Assembly: GCA_017852795.1 (NCBI GenBank)
Contig: JAFMKU010000002.1
Coordinates: 9,221-73,220, forward strand
Length of the DNA: 64,000 bases
Source: Candidatus Neomicrothrix sp.
GTDB lineage: Bacteria > Actinomycetota > Acidimicrobiia > Acidimicrobiales > Aldehydirespiratoraceae
Direction: 5' to 3'
Positions 39,262 through 48,393 of the stretch are shown in pieces (within the stretch, counting starts at the first letter, position 1; the number at the start of each line of letters is the position of its first letter). The position numbers and the translations under genes were made by a program. Below the pieces are notes generated by a model. That model worked only from the letters and a program-made list of their open reading frames with translations. It was not told the origin of the DNA and made no database searches.

Positions 39262-40230
39262 ATGACGTACTCGGTTTTTCGCCTCAACCACGTTCATCCC
39301 GATCCCCATGACGGTCACGAGCAGAGCGACCGGTATCGGGCTGCGCTTGACATGGTGGAGTTCCTTGACAAACGCGGGCTCAACGCGGTGCAGTTCGATG
39401 AGCATCACGTCAGCAGTGTGGCCTGGTCGCCGACCCCGATGCTCAACGCCGGGATGGTGCTGGCCCGCACCGAGAACGTGCTGTGCATGATCGGTGCGTT
39501 GCTGCTGCCGTTACATGACCCGATCCGGGTTGCGGAAGATCTCGCAGTGCTGGATTTGGTCAGCCGGGGACGGATCGTTGTCACCATGGGGTTGGGGTAC
39601 CGGCCGTTGGAGTACACCGCCATGGACAAGGAATGGTCCCGCCGGGGTCGCATCATGGACGAGTCGCTTGATGTGTTGATGAAAGCGTGGTCCGGTGAAC
39701 CTTTTGAGCATCACGGGGAGACGGTTCAGGTGCTGCCGAAACCGTTCACCAGCCCCCACCCGCAGATCATGATTGGTGGCTCCGCGAAGGCTTCGGCCCA
39801 GCGTGCCGCCCGACTTGGGCTGCCGTTGTACATGAACGGGAACCCACCAGGGATCAAAGAGTTGTACGAAGAACTCTGTGCCGAGAACGGTTCGGTGCCG
39901 TTCTGTATCGCCCCCGAAGAAGCCCCGCAGGTGCATGTGGTGGAGGACCCGGATCGGGCGTGGGCCGAGCTCGGTGAGCATTTCCTCCTCGAAGCCCGCA
40001 CCTATGCCGATTGGCAGCCGGAGGGTCAGAACTCACCGGTGCATTCTCATGCGGCAACGGTCGAGGATCTCCGGGCCGAAGGGATCTACCGGTTCTTGAC
40101 CCCGGATCAGGCCCGCGAGTTTGCGACGCAGAAAGGTTCGGTCACGATCCACCCGCTGGTCGGAGGGATGCCGGTTGACGAAGCTTGGCGGTCGGTCGAG
40201 TTGTTCGCTGACGCGGTGCTGACTGCGTGA
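39262..40230 (+). CDS. LLM-class (luciferase-like) flavin-dependent oxidoreductase
   Basis: 322 aa with a TIM-barrel LLM-like sequence (FDEHH, RIVVTMGLGYR). Confidence 0.78.
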   Translation: MTYSVFRLNHVHPDPHDGHEQSDRYRAALDMVEFLDKRGLNAVQFDEHHVSSVAWSPTPMLNAGMVLARTENVLCMIGALLLPLHDPIRVAEDLAVLDLVSRGRIVVTMGLGYRPLEYTAMDKEWSRRGRIMDESLDVLMKAWSGEPFEHHGETVQVLPKPFTSPHPQIMIGGSAKASAQRAARLGLPLYMNGNPPGIKELYEELCAENGSVPFCIAPEEAPQVHVVEDPDRAWAELGEHFLLEARTYADWQPEGQNSPVHSHAATVEDLRAEGIYRFLTPDQAREFATQKGSVTIHPLVGGMPVDEAWRSVELFADAVLTA

Positions 40231-41132
40231 ACCCCGACCCCGTCAGTGACCAGGATCTGCTGGCGTTGACCGCCCGGGCTGGTCTAGCCAGTCACGATCT
40301 GGTCGGTTGGATGATGTGGGATCCGCGGGCGCTTGCCGATTTCGAGGCGCTTGGGGTCACGGCTCCGAAAGTTTGGATCCTTGCCTGGCGGCTTGCCCCG
40401 TTGGGCAACGTGCCAGCAGCGGTGGCCGCCGCCACCACCTATTCGGTGCATCCGGCGGTGGTGGAGGCCGTGTTGGGTGTCGTGGGGGCTGCGACCACCC
40501 CCGACGAGGTGTTGCGGGTACGCGACGATGCGGTGCTGCCCGGTCTCGCTGAAGTGTCCGAGGATCTGGCTTCAGATCTGGGGTTGCTCGCTACTGACCT
40601 GTGGCGCGCCATAGACGCGGTCCATGCCGGGGCTCGACCGTTGTTCGCCGCTCATCGAGCTCGGGCCGAACGGGCTGAGGATCGTCCTGGCCTTTCGGCC
40701 TGGCTGGCCGTGAACTGCATTCGGGAGTTTCGGGGCGACAACCATTGGGCCTTGTGCGCGGCTGCGGATCTCAACGACGTCGAGGTTGGGTTGCTGCATT
40801 CGGTCATGGTCGATGTTGCCGAATACGGCGACGAGGAATGGATCGCTCGTAGCCGTGGCGCTGACGATGCCGCGATCGACACCGGTTGGCGGCGCCTCGC
40901 CGACAAAGGGTTGGCAACGGGTCAGGCAATCAACGACGAAGGCCGACGGTTCCGACGCGAGTTGGAGTTCCGTACTGATCAGTTGACGGCTCCGGTCTGG
41001 CGGGAGGCTGGGATTGCGACCACGCAGCGGTTCTGCGAGCTGGTGGAACCGCATCACGAGTCGTTTGTGGCTCGGATCGATGCCACCGCCGGGCCACGTT
41101 GGATGCCAGCGGTTCGGACCCGTCTCGCCTAG
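40227..41132 (+). CDS. hypothetical helical protein (resembles the SCO6745-type family)
   Basis: 301-aa ORF with coding-like composition and a 4-nt overlap with the upstream LLM gene. No catalytic motif recognised. Confidence 0.45.
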   Translation: MNPDPVSDQDLLALTARAGLASHDLVGWMMWDPRALADFEALGVTAPKVWILAWRLAPLGNVPAAVAAATTYSVHPAVVEAVLGVVGAATTPDEVLRVRDDAVLPGLAEVSEDLASDLGLLATDLWRAIDAVHAGARPLFAAHRARAERAEDRPGLSAWLAVNCIREFRGDNHWALCAAADLNDVEVGLLHSVMVDVAEYGDEEWIARSRGADDAAIDTGWRRLADKGLATGQAINDEGRRFRRELEFRTDQLTAPVWREAGIATTQRFCELVEPHHESFVARIDATAGPRWMPAVRTRLA

Positions 41133-41135
41133 CGG

Positions 41136-42341
41136 CTAGTTACCGGTCGTTGACCAGTGCCAGGGTTCGCCAGGCAGGTTGTAGAACCCGTAGTCGGCGG
41201 CGATGGCTCGCAGCGCCTGAAAGACCGCGCTCTGGGTGGAGCGAATGATCCGACCTTGATAGGTGAAGTCGATCGCTAATCCCACTTCGTGCTGACTGCG
41301 GCCGGGTCGGGCGGTCGGGGGCCGACATTGGCTGGCTGGCATTTCCCAGATGGCGTAGTCGGACGTGCCACAGTTTGAGCGTCGGAGTTCGATCTGTCGG
41401 TCCACGTTGCGGTACCCGCCACCGCCAAGTTCGAACCCGCGGGCCGACATGGCCGCAAGCAGCCCGCGAAGTTCGTCTTCGATGAGGGCGTTAACGAAGA
41501 ACCCTTGGACATTGACGATCTCGAAATCGCTTCCGGGTGGCACCGTGACCCCACCGTTGGAGGGGCGCCTGAGTCGGGCGAGCTCATCGGCGATCCGCTG
41601 CTCTTCCTGACGGATCTCTTCGGCGAGTTCGGCGTCGAGTTCGGCTAGCGCCGCTGCTTCGCCGAGCCGATGGTCTTGACGGTCGAGGGCGTCGTTGAGC
41701 AGGTCCTGTTGCACTGCGAGTGCGTTGGTGAGCTGGGCGAGCTGCTGTTCCATGGCGGCCTGAGCGGCGTCCGCTTCGATGGCGGCTGCGGCGGCGATGT
41801 CGCGTTGTTCGTCGAGCTCGCTGGAAATCTGGCGGAGTTGATCGATCGTTTCGAAACTCGATCCGGTTCCGATACTGGCCAGCGTTTCGGCCCGACTCGT
41901 GGCCCACGGATCACTGGTCAACGCCTCCACCGCGTCGAACCCTTGAAACGAAACGTACGACTCGACCGCCGCCATTTCTAGCTGCCGTTTCGTTTTGGCT
42001 TGTTCGGCTTCGAGGTTGACGATCTCGGCCTGTGACTGGGCGAGGGTTTCTTCGGCCACGACCACCGCTCGTTCCGCCGCTTCGGTCGCAGCCTGTTGCG
42101 CGTCGACGTTGGCTGACGCTGCGGTCAACGCCGCTTCGAGGTCGCCGATTTCGGCGGTGAGGGCGTCGACTTCGGCCGCGACTAGGGCTGCTTCTTCTTG
42201 CACCTGGCGTCGTTGGCGCCGAAGTTCGTTGGGGCTGGTTGCGGTCCCGGCGCTGGCCGAAAGCGCGACCGCCACGGTGAGGGCGAGGAACGTCAACCGG
42301 TATCGGCGCGGAACGGAGGGAGGCGGCGGCGTATGAGGCAT
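41136..42341 (-). CDS. secreted M15B (VanY-like) D,D-carboxypeptidase-family peptidase with a long N-terminal coiled coil
   Basis: Signal-like LTFLALTVAVALSASAG, about 230 aa of Ala/Glu/Gln-rich heptad-like sequence, then SQHEVGLAIDF and GEPWHWS zinc-peptidase motifs. Confidence 0.8.
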   Translation of the reverse strand: MPHTPPPPSVPRRYRLTFLALTVAVALSASAGTATSPNELRRQRRQVQEEAALVAAEVDALTAEIGDLEAALTAASANVDAQQAATEAAERAVVVAEETLAQSQAEIVNLEAEQAKTKRQLEMAAVESYVSFQGFDAVEALTSDPWATSRAETLASIGTGSSFETIDQLRQISSELDEQRDIAAAAAIEADAAQAAMEQQLAQLTNALAVQQDLLNDALDRQDHRLGEAAALAELDAELAEEIRQEEQRIADELARLRRPSNGGVTVPPGSDFEIVNVQGFFVNALIEDELRGLLAAMSARGFELGGGGYRNVDRQIELRRSNCGTSDYAIWEMPASQCRPPTARPGRSQHEVGLAIDFTYQGRIIRSTQSAVFQALRAIAADYGFYNLPGEPWHWSTTGN

Positions 42342-42421
42342 GGTTCGCGAAAAGCAAAACGTCGGAGTTGCTTCGGCACGAAACTAGCTGATCGAGCCCG
42401 GCTCTTGTCGGTTGGGGGGGG

Positions 42422-43687
42422 TTAGAGCGGTGGGGTTCCGGCGATGGTTGGTTCCGCGTTGTTGAGTTGTTCGATGGCGAAACCGGCCGCAGCCCGGTAG
42501 TCGGCCATGTACGCCTCAATGTCGGCGCCTGCGATGACATCGTTGATGTCGTCGAACTTTCCACCGCAGCGTTCGTCGACCACCCCAAGAATGCCGATGG
42601 GTCCGGCCCCCCGGTTTCGCAGGATCAGGGTGGAGATGTCGTCGCGCAGGGCGTCTTCGTAGGCGGTGAGCGCCTCCGGGGTTGGACCGTGGGTCACCAG
42701 CGCCGCACCGAGGACCCGTGCGTCGACGATGGCCTGGCTGGCACCGTTTGATCCGACCGGGTACATCACGTGGGCGGCGTCGCCCAACAACGCCATTCGC
42801 TGATCGCACCAGGTAGGGGCCGGATCGCGATCGACCATCGGGTACTCCCAGACCCCGTCGGCGCGGCCCACAAGATCGGCAACGTTGAGCCACCCGAAAT
42901 CCCAGTCGTGGAAAGCGGGGAGAAACGTGGACGGGTCAACTTGGCGGTTCCAACCGGCCTGATCCCATCCGCGATCCGGGTCAAAGGTCAGTTCGGCGAT
43001 CCAATTCTGGCGTTGCAGGCCAGTTCGGGGATCGGTCTGCCCGATGGGGTAATGGACGAACCGTTGGTTGAGGTTCCCAATAAGGGTGAACGAGGCTCCG
43101 GTGCGGATCGGAGGGCCAAGGGCGGTGCCTCTCCAGAGGACCGCTCCACCCCAGATCGGCTCACCTTCGTCGGGGAAAAGTTGCCGGCGGGCCGCTGAAT
43201 GAAGGCCGTCGGCGCCGATCAGCAAGTCGCCGTCGATGTCACGGTGGTTTCCGTCGCGGGTATCGAACCGGGCACGGATACGGGTGCCGGTCTGCTGGTA
43301 GCCAACCAGGCGGTGTCCGGTCATGACCCGGTCGGCCCCGCATCGTTTCCGGACTTCGGCGAGCAACATCATCTGGAGTTCGCCGCGGTGAACCGAATAT
43401 TGAGGCCATCGGTATCCGGCGCGGAGTCCTCGAGGCTCAGACCAGACCTCTCGTCCGTTGCTGGCCACCAGCGCCCATTCTTCGGTGGCGACACCGAGCC
43501 CTGCGAGTTGATCAGCGAGGCCGAGGTCAAACAGTTCTCTCACCGCGTTGGGTTGAAGGTTGATGCCGACCCCTAACGGCTGAAGTTCCTGAGCCGATTC
43601 GTACACCCAAACATCGACGCCGATCTGGTGGCAGGTCAGGGCGGTCACCAGCCCCCCGATCCCACCTCCGGCGACGATGACGGCCAC
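42422..43687 (-). CDS. FAD-dependent aromatic-ring monooxygenase (salicylate hydroxylase-like)
   Basis: VAGGGIGGL and LLGDAAHVMYPVGSNGASQAI motifs. Confidence 0.85.
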   Translation of the reverse strand: MAVIVAGGGIGGLVTALTCHQIGVDVWVYESAQELQPLGVGINLQPNAVRELFDLGLADQLAGLGVATEEWALVASNGREVWSEPRGLRAGYRWPQYSVHRGELQMMLLAEVRKRCGADRVMTGHRLVGYQQTGTRIRARFDTRDGNHRDIDGDLLIGADGLHSAARRQLFPDEGEPIWGGAVLWRGTALGPPIRTGASFTLIGNLNQRFVHYPIGQTDPRTGLQRQNWIAELTFDPDRGWDQAGWNRQVDPSTFLPAFHDWDFGWLNVADLVGRADGVWEYPMVDRDPAPTWCDQRMALLGDAAHVMYPVGSNGASQAIVDARVLGAALVTHGPTPEALTAYEDALRDDISTLILRNRGAGPIGILGVVDERCGGKFDDINDVIAGADIEAYMADYRAAAGFAIEQLNNAEPTIAGTPPL

Positions 43688-43691
43688 GGCG

Positions 43692-44474
43692 CTAGTCGTT
43701 CTTGGCGGTCAAGCCACCGTCGACGGGGATGATGGCACCGGTGATGTACGACGAGGCCGGCAGCGCTAAGTTGAGGGTCATGTGGGCCACTTCTTCGGGG
43801 TCGCCGTAACGCCGGAGGGCGGTTCGACGGCGGGCGAACTGGTCGCGCAAGTCCGGTGGGATCTCGTCGGTCATCCCGGTCAGGATCGGCCCCGGACAGA
43901 TGGCGTTGACCGTGATCTTGAACACGCCGAGGTTGACCGCCAACGAACGGGTGAGCCCGACGACCCCGTGTTTGGCCGCGGTGTAGGGGGTGGCGTTTCG
44001 TTGCGCGCTGATTCCTTCAGTGGAGGCGATGTTGATGATCCGGCCTTCACCGCTGGCTTTGAGATCGTCGAGGCAGGCTCGTACCAGCCGCTGTTGGGAG
44101 GTGAGCAGAACGTTGAGGGCGAGATCCCAAACCTGATCGAACGACGGGTCGTCGATGGGGCTCCCCGCGGTGATGCCTGCGTTGTTGACGAGAATGTCGA
44201 TCGGTCCGAGTTCGTGGCGGATTTCGGCGATGGCCTGCTCGATGGCGGTCGGGTCGGTGACATCAAGCACGGTGCCGTGAGCGGTTCCTCCGGCGGTGCG
44301 GATCTCGTCGACGACCGCCTGAACACCGTCTGGGTTGAGGTCGGTGACCGCTACTCGGGCTCCTTCGTCGGCAAACAGAAAAGCGGTGGCCCGTCCCATC
44401 CCGGATGCCGCTCCGGTGATGAGGACCACTTTGTTGGCAACGGAACGGCTGCGGTGGGTCAGGCGGTTGGTCAT
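43692..44474 (-). CDS. SDR family oxidoreductase (FabG-like)
   Basis: ITGAASGMGRA, NNAG, YTAAKHG. Confidence 0.9.
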   Translation of the reverse strand: MTNRLTHRSRSVANKVVLITGAASGMGRATAFLFADEGARVAVTDLNPDGVQAVVDEIRTAGGTAHGTVLDVTDPTAIEQAIAEIRHELGPIDILVNNAGITAGSPIDDPSFDQVWDLALNVLLTSQQRLVRACLDDLKASGEGRIINIASTEGISAQRNATPYTAAKHGVVGLTRSLAVNLGVFKITVNAICPGPILTGMTDEIPPDLRDQFARRRTALRRYGDPEEVAHMTLNLALPASSYITGAIIPVDGGLTAKND

Positions 44475-45490
44475 AGGTATTCCCTAGCAGTCGGTGAGGC
44501 GTCGGTTGAAAAGCGGTATTCGATTCGGTGGTGGTACTGCTGCCCGGGACGAAGTTCCGGGCTATGAGCCCACTCTTGATGGGGAGCATCGGGGGGATGT
44601 TGCGGTTCGAGGGCTAGCCCCGCGAACGGGCAGTGGTCCCGTCCGCCACCGTGGGTCCCCGGGAGATGCACACCGGTGTAGAACTGGATAGCTGGATGAT
44701 CGGACCAGACGTCAAGGATCCTTCCGCTCGTTGGGTTCTCGACCCGGGCATGGTGGCGGAAGCCGGAACCGTTGATCATCAGGCAGTGGTCGTAGCCGGT
44801 CTTGGTTCGTGGCGGTGTCCGATCGCCGATCCGCCGCCGGGTTCTGAAGTCAAGATCGTCGCTGACCGGCTCGGGGGCACCGCTGGGGATCAAGGCTTCG
44901 TCGACGGGGATCACCGTGTCGGCGTTGATGGTGATCAGATGGTCATCGATGGTCGGCTGCTGCTCGGCCAGATTCCAGTAGGTGTGGTTGGTGAGCGAAC
45001 AGATGGTGGGTTTGGTGGTGGTGGCGGTCAGGTCGAGCCGAAGGCTGGCCCCGCTGAGGTGGTAGCTGACGGTGGTTGTTTGTTCGCCAGGGAACCCCAT
45101 CTCGCCGTCGGGGCTTACGAGAGTGAACTGCACCGTGTCGGCTGCGGTCTGGGTCCCGGACCAGAGTTGCCGGCCGAGCCCGTGGTCGCCGCCGTGAAGA
45201 AGGTTCGGTCCTTCGTTGGCGTGGAGTTGGTGGGTGACGCCGTCGAGCGTGAACTGGGCCCCGGCGAGCCGGTTGGCGTAACGGCCAACGGTCACTCCGA
45301 GATACGGGTTTCGGATCGGGTCGTAGCGGTCGTCGTCGTGGTCGAGTCGGAGGGTGACGTTTCCGAGGTTGCCGTCGCGGTCAGTAACGAGCAGTTCTTC
45401 GAGCGCTGCTCCTAACGCCACCAACTCGGCCCGCACCGGTCCGTCGACGGTTGGGTTCTGGTTGACGAGCGTGAACCGGTCAAGCGGCAT
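44471..45490 (-). CDS. aldose 1-epimerase (galactose mutarotase-like)
   Basis: VGRYANRLAGAQFTLDG and NLLHGGDHG motifs. Confidence 0.8.
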   Translation of the reverse strand: MPLDRFTLVNQNPTVDGPVRAELVALGAALEELLVTDRDGNLGNVTLRLDHDDDRYDPIRNPYLGVTVGRYANRLAGAQFTLDGVTHQLHANEGPNLLHGGDHGLGRQLWSGTQTAADTVQFTLVSPDGEMGFPGEQTTTVSYHLSGASLRLDLTATTTKPTICSLTNHTYWNLAEQQPTIDDHLITINADTVIPVDEALIPSGAPEPVSDDLDFRTRRRIGDRTPPRTKTGYDHCLMINGSGFRHHARVENPTSGRILDVWSDHPAIQFYTGVHLPGTHGGGRDHCPFAGLALEPQHPPDAPHQEWAHSPELRPGQQYHHRIEYRFSTDASPTAREYL

Positions 45491-45545
45491 GGCCGAACCC
45501 TAGGCAGAATCGTCCGTTGAGGCGAGAGCGGCTACCGTCCTAGGC

Positions 45546-46553
45546 ATGCAATTGGGACTCACCTGGGGCTATTGGGGTCGGGGTATGCCCGACAATTTTG
45601 TGGAGATCACCGTGGCGGCCGAACAGGCCGGTTTTGACGCGGTGTGGTCCGCGGAATCTTGGGGTTCGGACGCGTTTTCTCCGCTGGTGCTTCTGGCTGC
45701 GCACACCGAGCGGATCCGGCTGGGCACCGGGGTGGCGCAGCTGTCGGCCCGGACACCGGCCGCCACCGCGATGCACGCCATCACGTTGGATCACATCTCG
45801 CAGGGGCGAACAATTCTGGGGTTGGGGGTGTCGGGTCCTCAGGTGGTCGAAGGATGGTACGGGATGCCGTCGAAACGCCCGCTGGCCCGCACCCGCGAAT
45901 ACGTCGAGATCCTTCGGCAGGTGTTCGCCCGGGAAGAACCGGTGGCGTTCGACGGAGACCATTATCAGTTGCCGTTCAGCGGTGAAGGTTCCGAAGGGTT
46001 GGGTCGCCCCTTGAAGGTGATGACTCACCCGCTGCGGGACATTCCGATCTGGATCGGGGCCGAAGGGCCCAAGAACGTGGCGCAGACCGTTGAGATCGCC
46101 GACGGCTGGTTTCCGCTGTACTACTCGCCGTGGCGGGCCGATGTGTATCACGACCAGATCAAAGACCGGAAGCTTGGTTTCGAGATCGCGGTCAATGTCT
46201 CGATGCGTGTCCACGACGACGTGGAGGAGGCGCTCTGGCCGACCAAAGCCATGCTCGGGTTCTACATCGGTGGGATGGGGGCAAAAGGCCAGAACTACCA
46301 CACCAAGCTGATGGCCCGGATGGGGTTTGAAGAAGAAGCGTTCCGTATTCAGGACCTGTTCATGGAAGGCCGCCGCGACGAAGCCATCGCCGCGGTGCCA
46401 ACCGAGTTCGCGGACGAAATTTCGATTGTCGGTTCGGTCGAACGGATCAAGGACCGGTTGCAGGCGTGGGAAGAAAGCGCGGTCACGATGCTCAACGTCG
46501 CTCCCCGGTCGGTTGACGAGGTTCGCCTGCTGGCCGAACTGGTAAAGGGCTAG
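45546..46553 (+). CDS. LLM-class oxidoreductase, probably F420-dependent
   Basis: MQLGLTWGYWG N-terminus, WSAESWGSDAF, LGLGVSGPQVVEGWYG. Confidence 0.78.
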   Translation: MQLGLTWGYWGRGMPDNFVEITVAAEQAGFDAVWSAESWGSDAFSPLVLLAAHTERIRLGTGVAQLSARTPAATAMHAITLDHISQGRTILGLGVSGPQVVEGWYGMPSKRPLARTREYVEILRQVFAREEPVAFDGDHYQLPFSGEGSEGLGRPLKVMTHPLRDIPIWIGAEGPKNVAQTVEIADGWFPLYYSPWRADVYHDQIKDRKLGFEIAVNVSMRVHDDVEEALWPTKAMLGFYIGGMGAKGQNYHTKLMARMGFEEEAFRIQDLFMEGRRDEAIAAVPTEFADEISIVGSVERIKDRLQAWEESAVTMLNVAPRSVDEVRLLAELVKG

Positions 46554-46557
46554 TTCG

Positions 46558-47148
46558 TTGAGTCGCTGGGCGGAGCACTCGTCGGCTCCGCGTGGCGACG
46601 ACTACGACGAACGTTGGCGGGCGCTCGCGGCTGCTGGCCAGTCGGTTCACGGCGAAGCCGATCTGCTCTGCACCCTGCGCGGGTCCGGTTCGATGCTTGA
46701 TGCCGGATGTGGCACCGGGCGGGTAGCGATCGAGATGGCCCGCCGAGGGTTTTCGGTGGCGGGAGTGGATCTGGATGAAGCGATGCTTTCCACCGCCCGA
46801 ACCAAAGCACCGGAACTCGAATGGCAGCTCGGCGACCTAGCCGACGTGGAGCTTCAACGACGGTTTGATCTGGTGGCCCTTCCCGGGAACGTGATGATCT
46901 TTTTGGCCCCCGGAACTGAAGCTTTGGTGGTAGCCAACCTTGAACGGCACCTCGCCGCGGACGGCCTGCTCGTCGCGGGTTTCCAACTCCGCCGGAGCCG
47001 TTTGTCGCTGGATCGTTACGACCAGTTGTGCGCCGACGTGGGGTTAGTGGTGGACCAGCGCTGGGCCACCTGGGATCAGGAACCGTTCAACGCGGACGGC
47101 GCCGAGTATGTCGTCTCGGTGCATCGACGTGCCACACTCAGCGGGTGA
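46558..47148 (+). CDS. class I SAM-dependent methyltransferase
   Basis: MLDAGCGTGRVAIEMA motif I. TTG start. Confidence 0.75.
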   Translation: MSRWAEHSSAPRGDDYDERWRALAAAGQSVHGEADLLCTLRGSGSMLDAGCGTGRVAIEMARRGFSVAGVDLDEAMLSTARTKAPELEWQLGDLADVELQRRFDLVALPGNVMIFLAPGTEALVVANLERHLAADGLLVAGFQLRRSRLSLDRYDQLCADVGLVVDQRWATWDQEPFNADGAEYVVSVHRRATLSG

Positions 47149-47915
47149 CTCCGGCCGGCCAGATTGACGATGACCATGCGGTGGCGGCCCGCGTGGCCCA
47201 TCAAGCGGGGGAGTTGCTGGTTGACCTCATCCGCAACCCGGTGCAGGACCGGCGTTGGAGTGGGTTGGAATACGAAGGCGATCGGCGCGCTCATCGGTTC
47301 ATCATCGACGAATTGCAGCGGCTTCGTCCCGACGACGTAGTGCTTTCCGAAGAAGGCCGCGATGACCCGATCCGGCTCGAACGAGACCGGGTCTGGATTG
47401 TGGACCCGCTCGATGGGTCGAGCGATTTTGGCTATTCGCCTCATTGGGCGGTGCATGTGGCGTTGGTCTCGAACGGTCAACCGGTGGCTGGTGCGGTGGC
47501 GGTACCGGGGTGGGAGACGACGTGGGCCACCGACCCGTCCCCTTCGCCAGTGGCTCGTCCGTTGGACGACGGGTCGAACCCTCGGGTCGTGGTCGCCCGT
47601 TCCCGGAGCCGGTTTGATGGTTTTCGTATCCAGCAGGCGTTGGGGGCCGAAATCTTTTCCATCGGTTCGGCCGGGGTGAAAGCCATGGCGGTGGTCCGAG
47701 GCGAGGTCGACGCCTACGTTCACGGCGGTGGACTCTACGAGTGGGATATTTGCGCGCCAGCCGCCGTGGCGGCATCGGCCGGTTTGGTGTGCTGCCACGC
47801 CGACGGTTCGCCGTTGTCGTTCAACAAACCCGACGTCTGGTCGCCGGGTCTGATCATCAGCCGGCCCGAACTGGTTGATTCGTTAGTGGCGGCGCTGGGG
47901 TTGGGTCTGCGCTGA
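47145..47915 (+). CDS. inositol monophosphatase family protein / 3'(2'),5'-bisphosphate nucleotidase (CysQ-like)
   Basis: SEEG and WIVDPLDGSSDF motifs. GTG 47145 forms a GTGA overlap with the upstream stop. Confidence 0.8.
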   Translation: MTPAGQIDDDHAVAARVAHQAGELLVDLIRNPVQDRRWSGLEYEGDRRAHRFIIDELQRLRPDDVVLSEEGRDDPIRLERDRVWIVDPLDGSSDFGYSPHWAVHVALVSNGQPVAGAVAVPGWETTWATDPSPSPVARPLDDGSNPRVVVARSRSRFDGFRIQQALGAEIFSIGSAGVKAMAVVRGEVDAYVHGGGLYEWDICAPAAVAASAGLVCCHADGSPLSFNKPDVWSPGLIISRPELVDSLVAALGLGLR

Positions 47916-47969
47916 TTGCCCCCGGTGGTGACTGCGAGTCTTGGTGGAGCAGCGGTCTAGTCTGGGCGG

Positions 47970-48320
47970 GTGGCTGTCAAGAAGGTCAGGTACCAATCTC
48001 GCTCGGTTGAACACCACGTCGCCGCGCCCCGGACCGATGTCTGGCCAGCGGTGACGGCTCTGCTCGGCAACGGCCACTGGTCGGTTCAGGACCTTTCGGT
48101 CGAACCGCCGTGGCGGATGGCCGTGGAACTGTCGCGCCACAACATCGACCTGGTGTTTCTGCAGTCAACCGTGCTGATACGCGACGACGGCGACTCCTGC
48201 CACGTGGCGTGGGCACTGGTGTTCGATCCGGAACCAAGCCAGGCCGGAATGGCCGTCGCCGAGCGACTGTTGGATGAGATGCGAGCCGAGTTGCAGGGGT
48301 TGGCCAAGCAATTCGGGTAG
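47970..48320 (+). CDS. hypothetical protein (possibly SRPBCC/START-like)
   Basis: 116-aa ORF with a GTG start and coding-like composition. No diagnostic motif. Confidence 0.4.
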   Translation: MAVKKVRYQSRSVEHHVAAPRTDVWPAVTALLGNGHWSVQDLSVEPPWRMAVELSRHNIDLVFLQSTVLIRDDGDSCHVAWALVFDPEPSQAGMAVAERLLDEMRAELQGLAKQFG

Positions 48321-48393
48321 CCGAGTTCTGGCGGGCAACCTTTCGGTCACGCTGCCATCCAAATCGCGCTGGTTGTGCGTACTATCTGCCTTC

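Noticed and set aside
42414-42421. G8 homopolymer tract between the monooxygenase stop and the M15 peptidase promoter region, considered as a phase-variation switch
   Set aside because: It is a single short tract in a GC-rich genome and is not within a coding region or an obvious -35/-10 spacer. Nothing in the window supports slippage.
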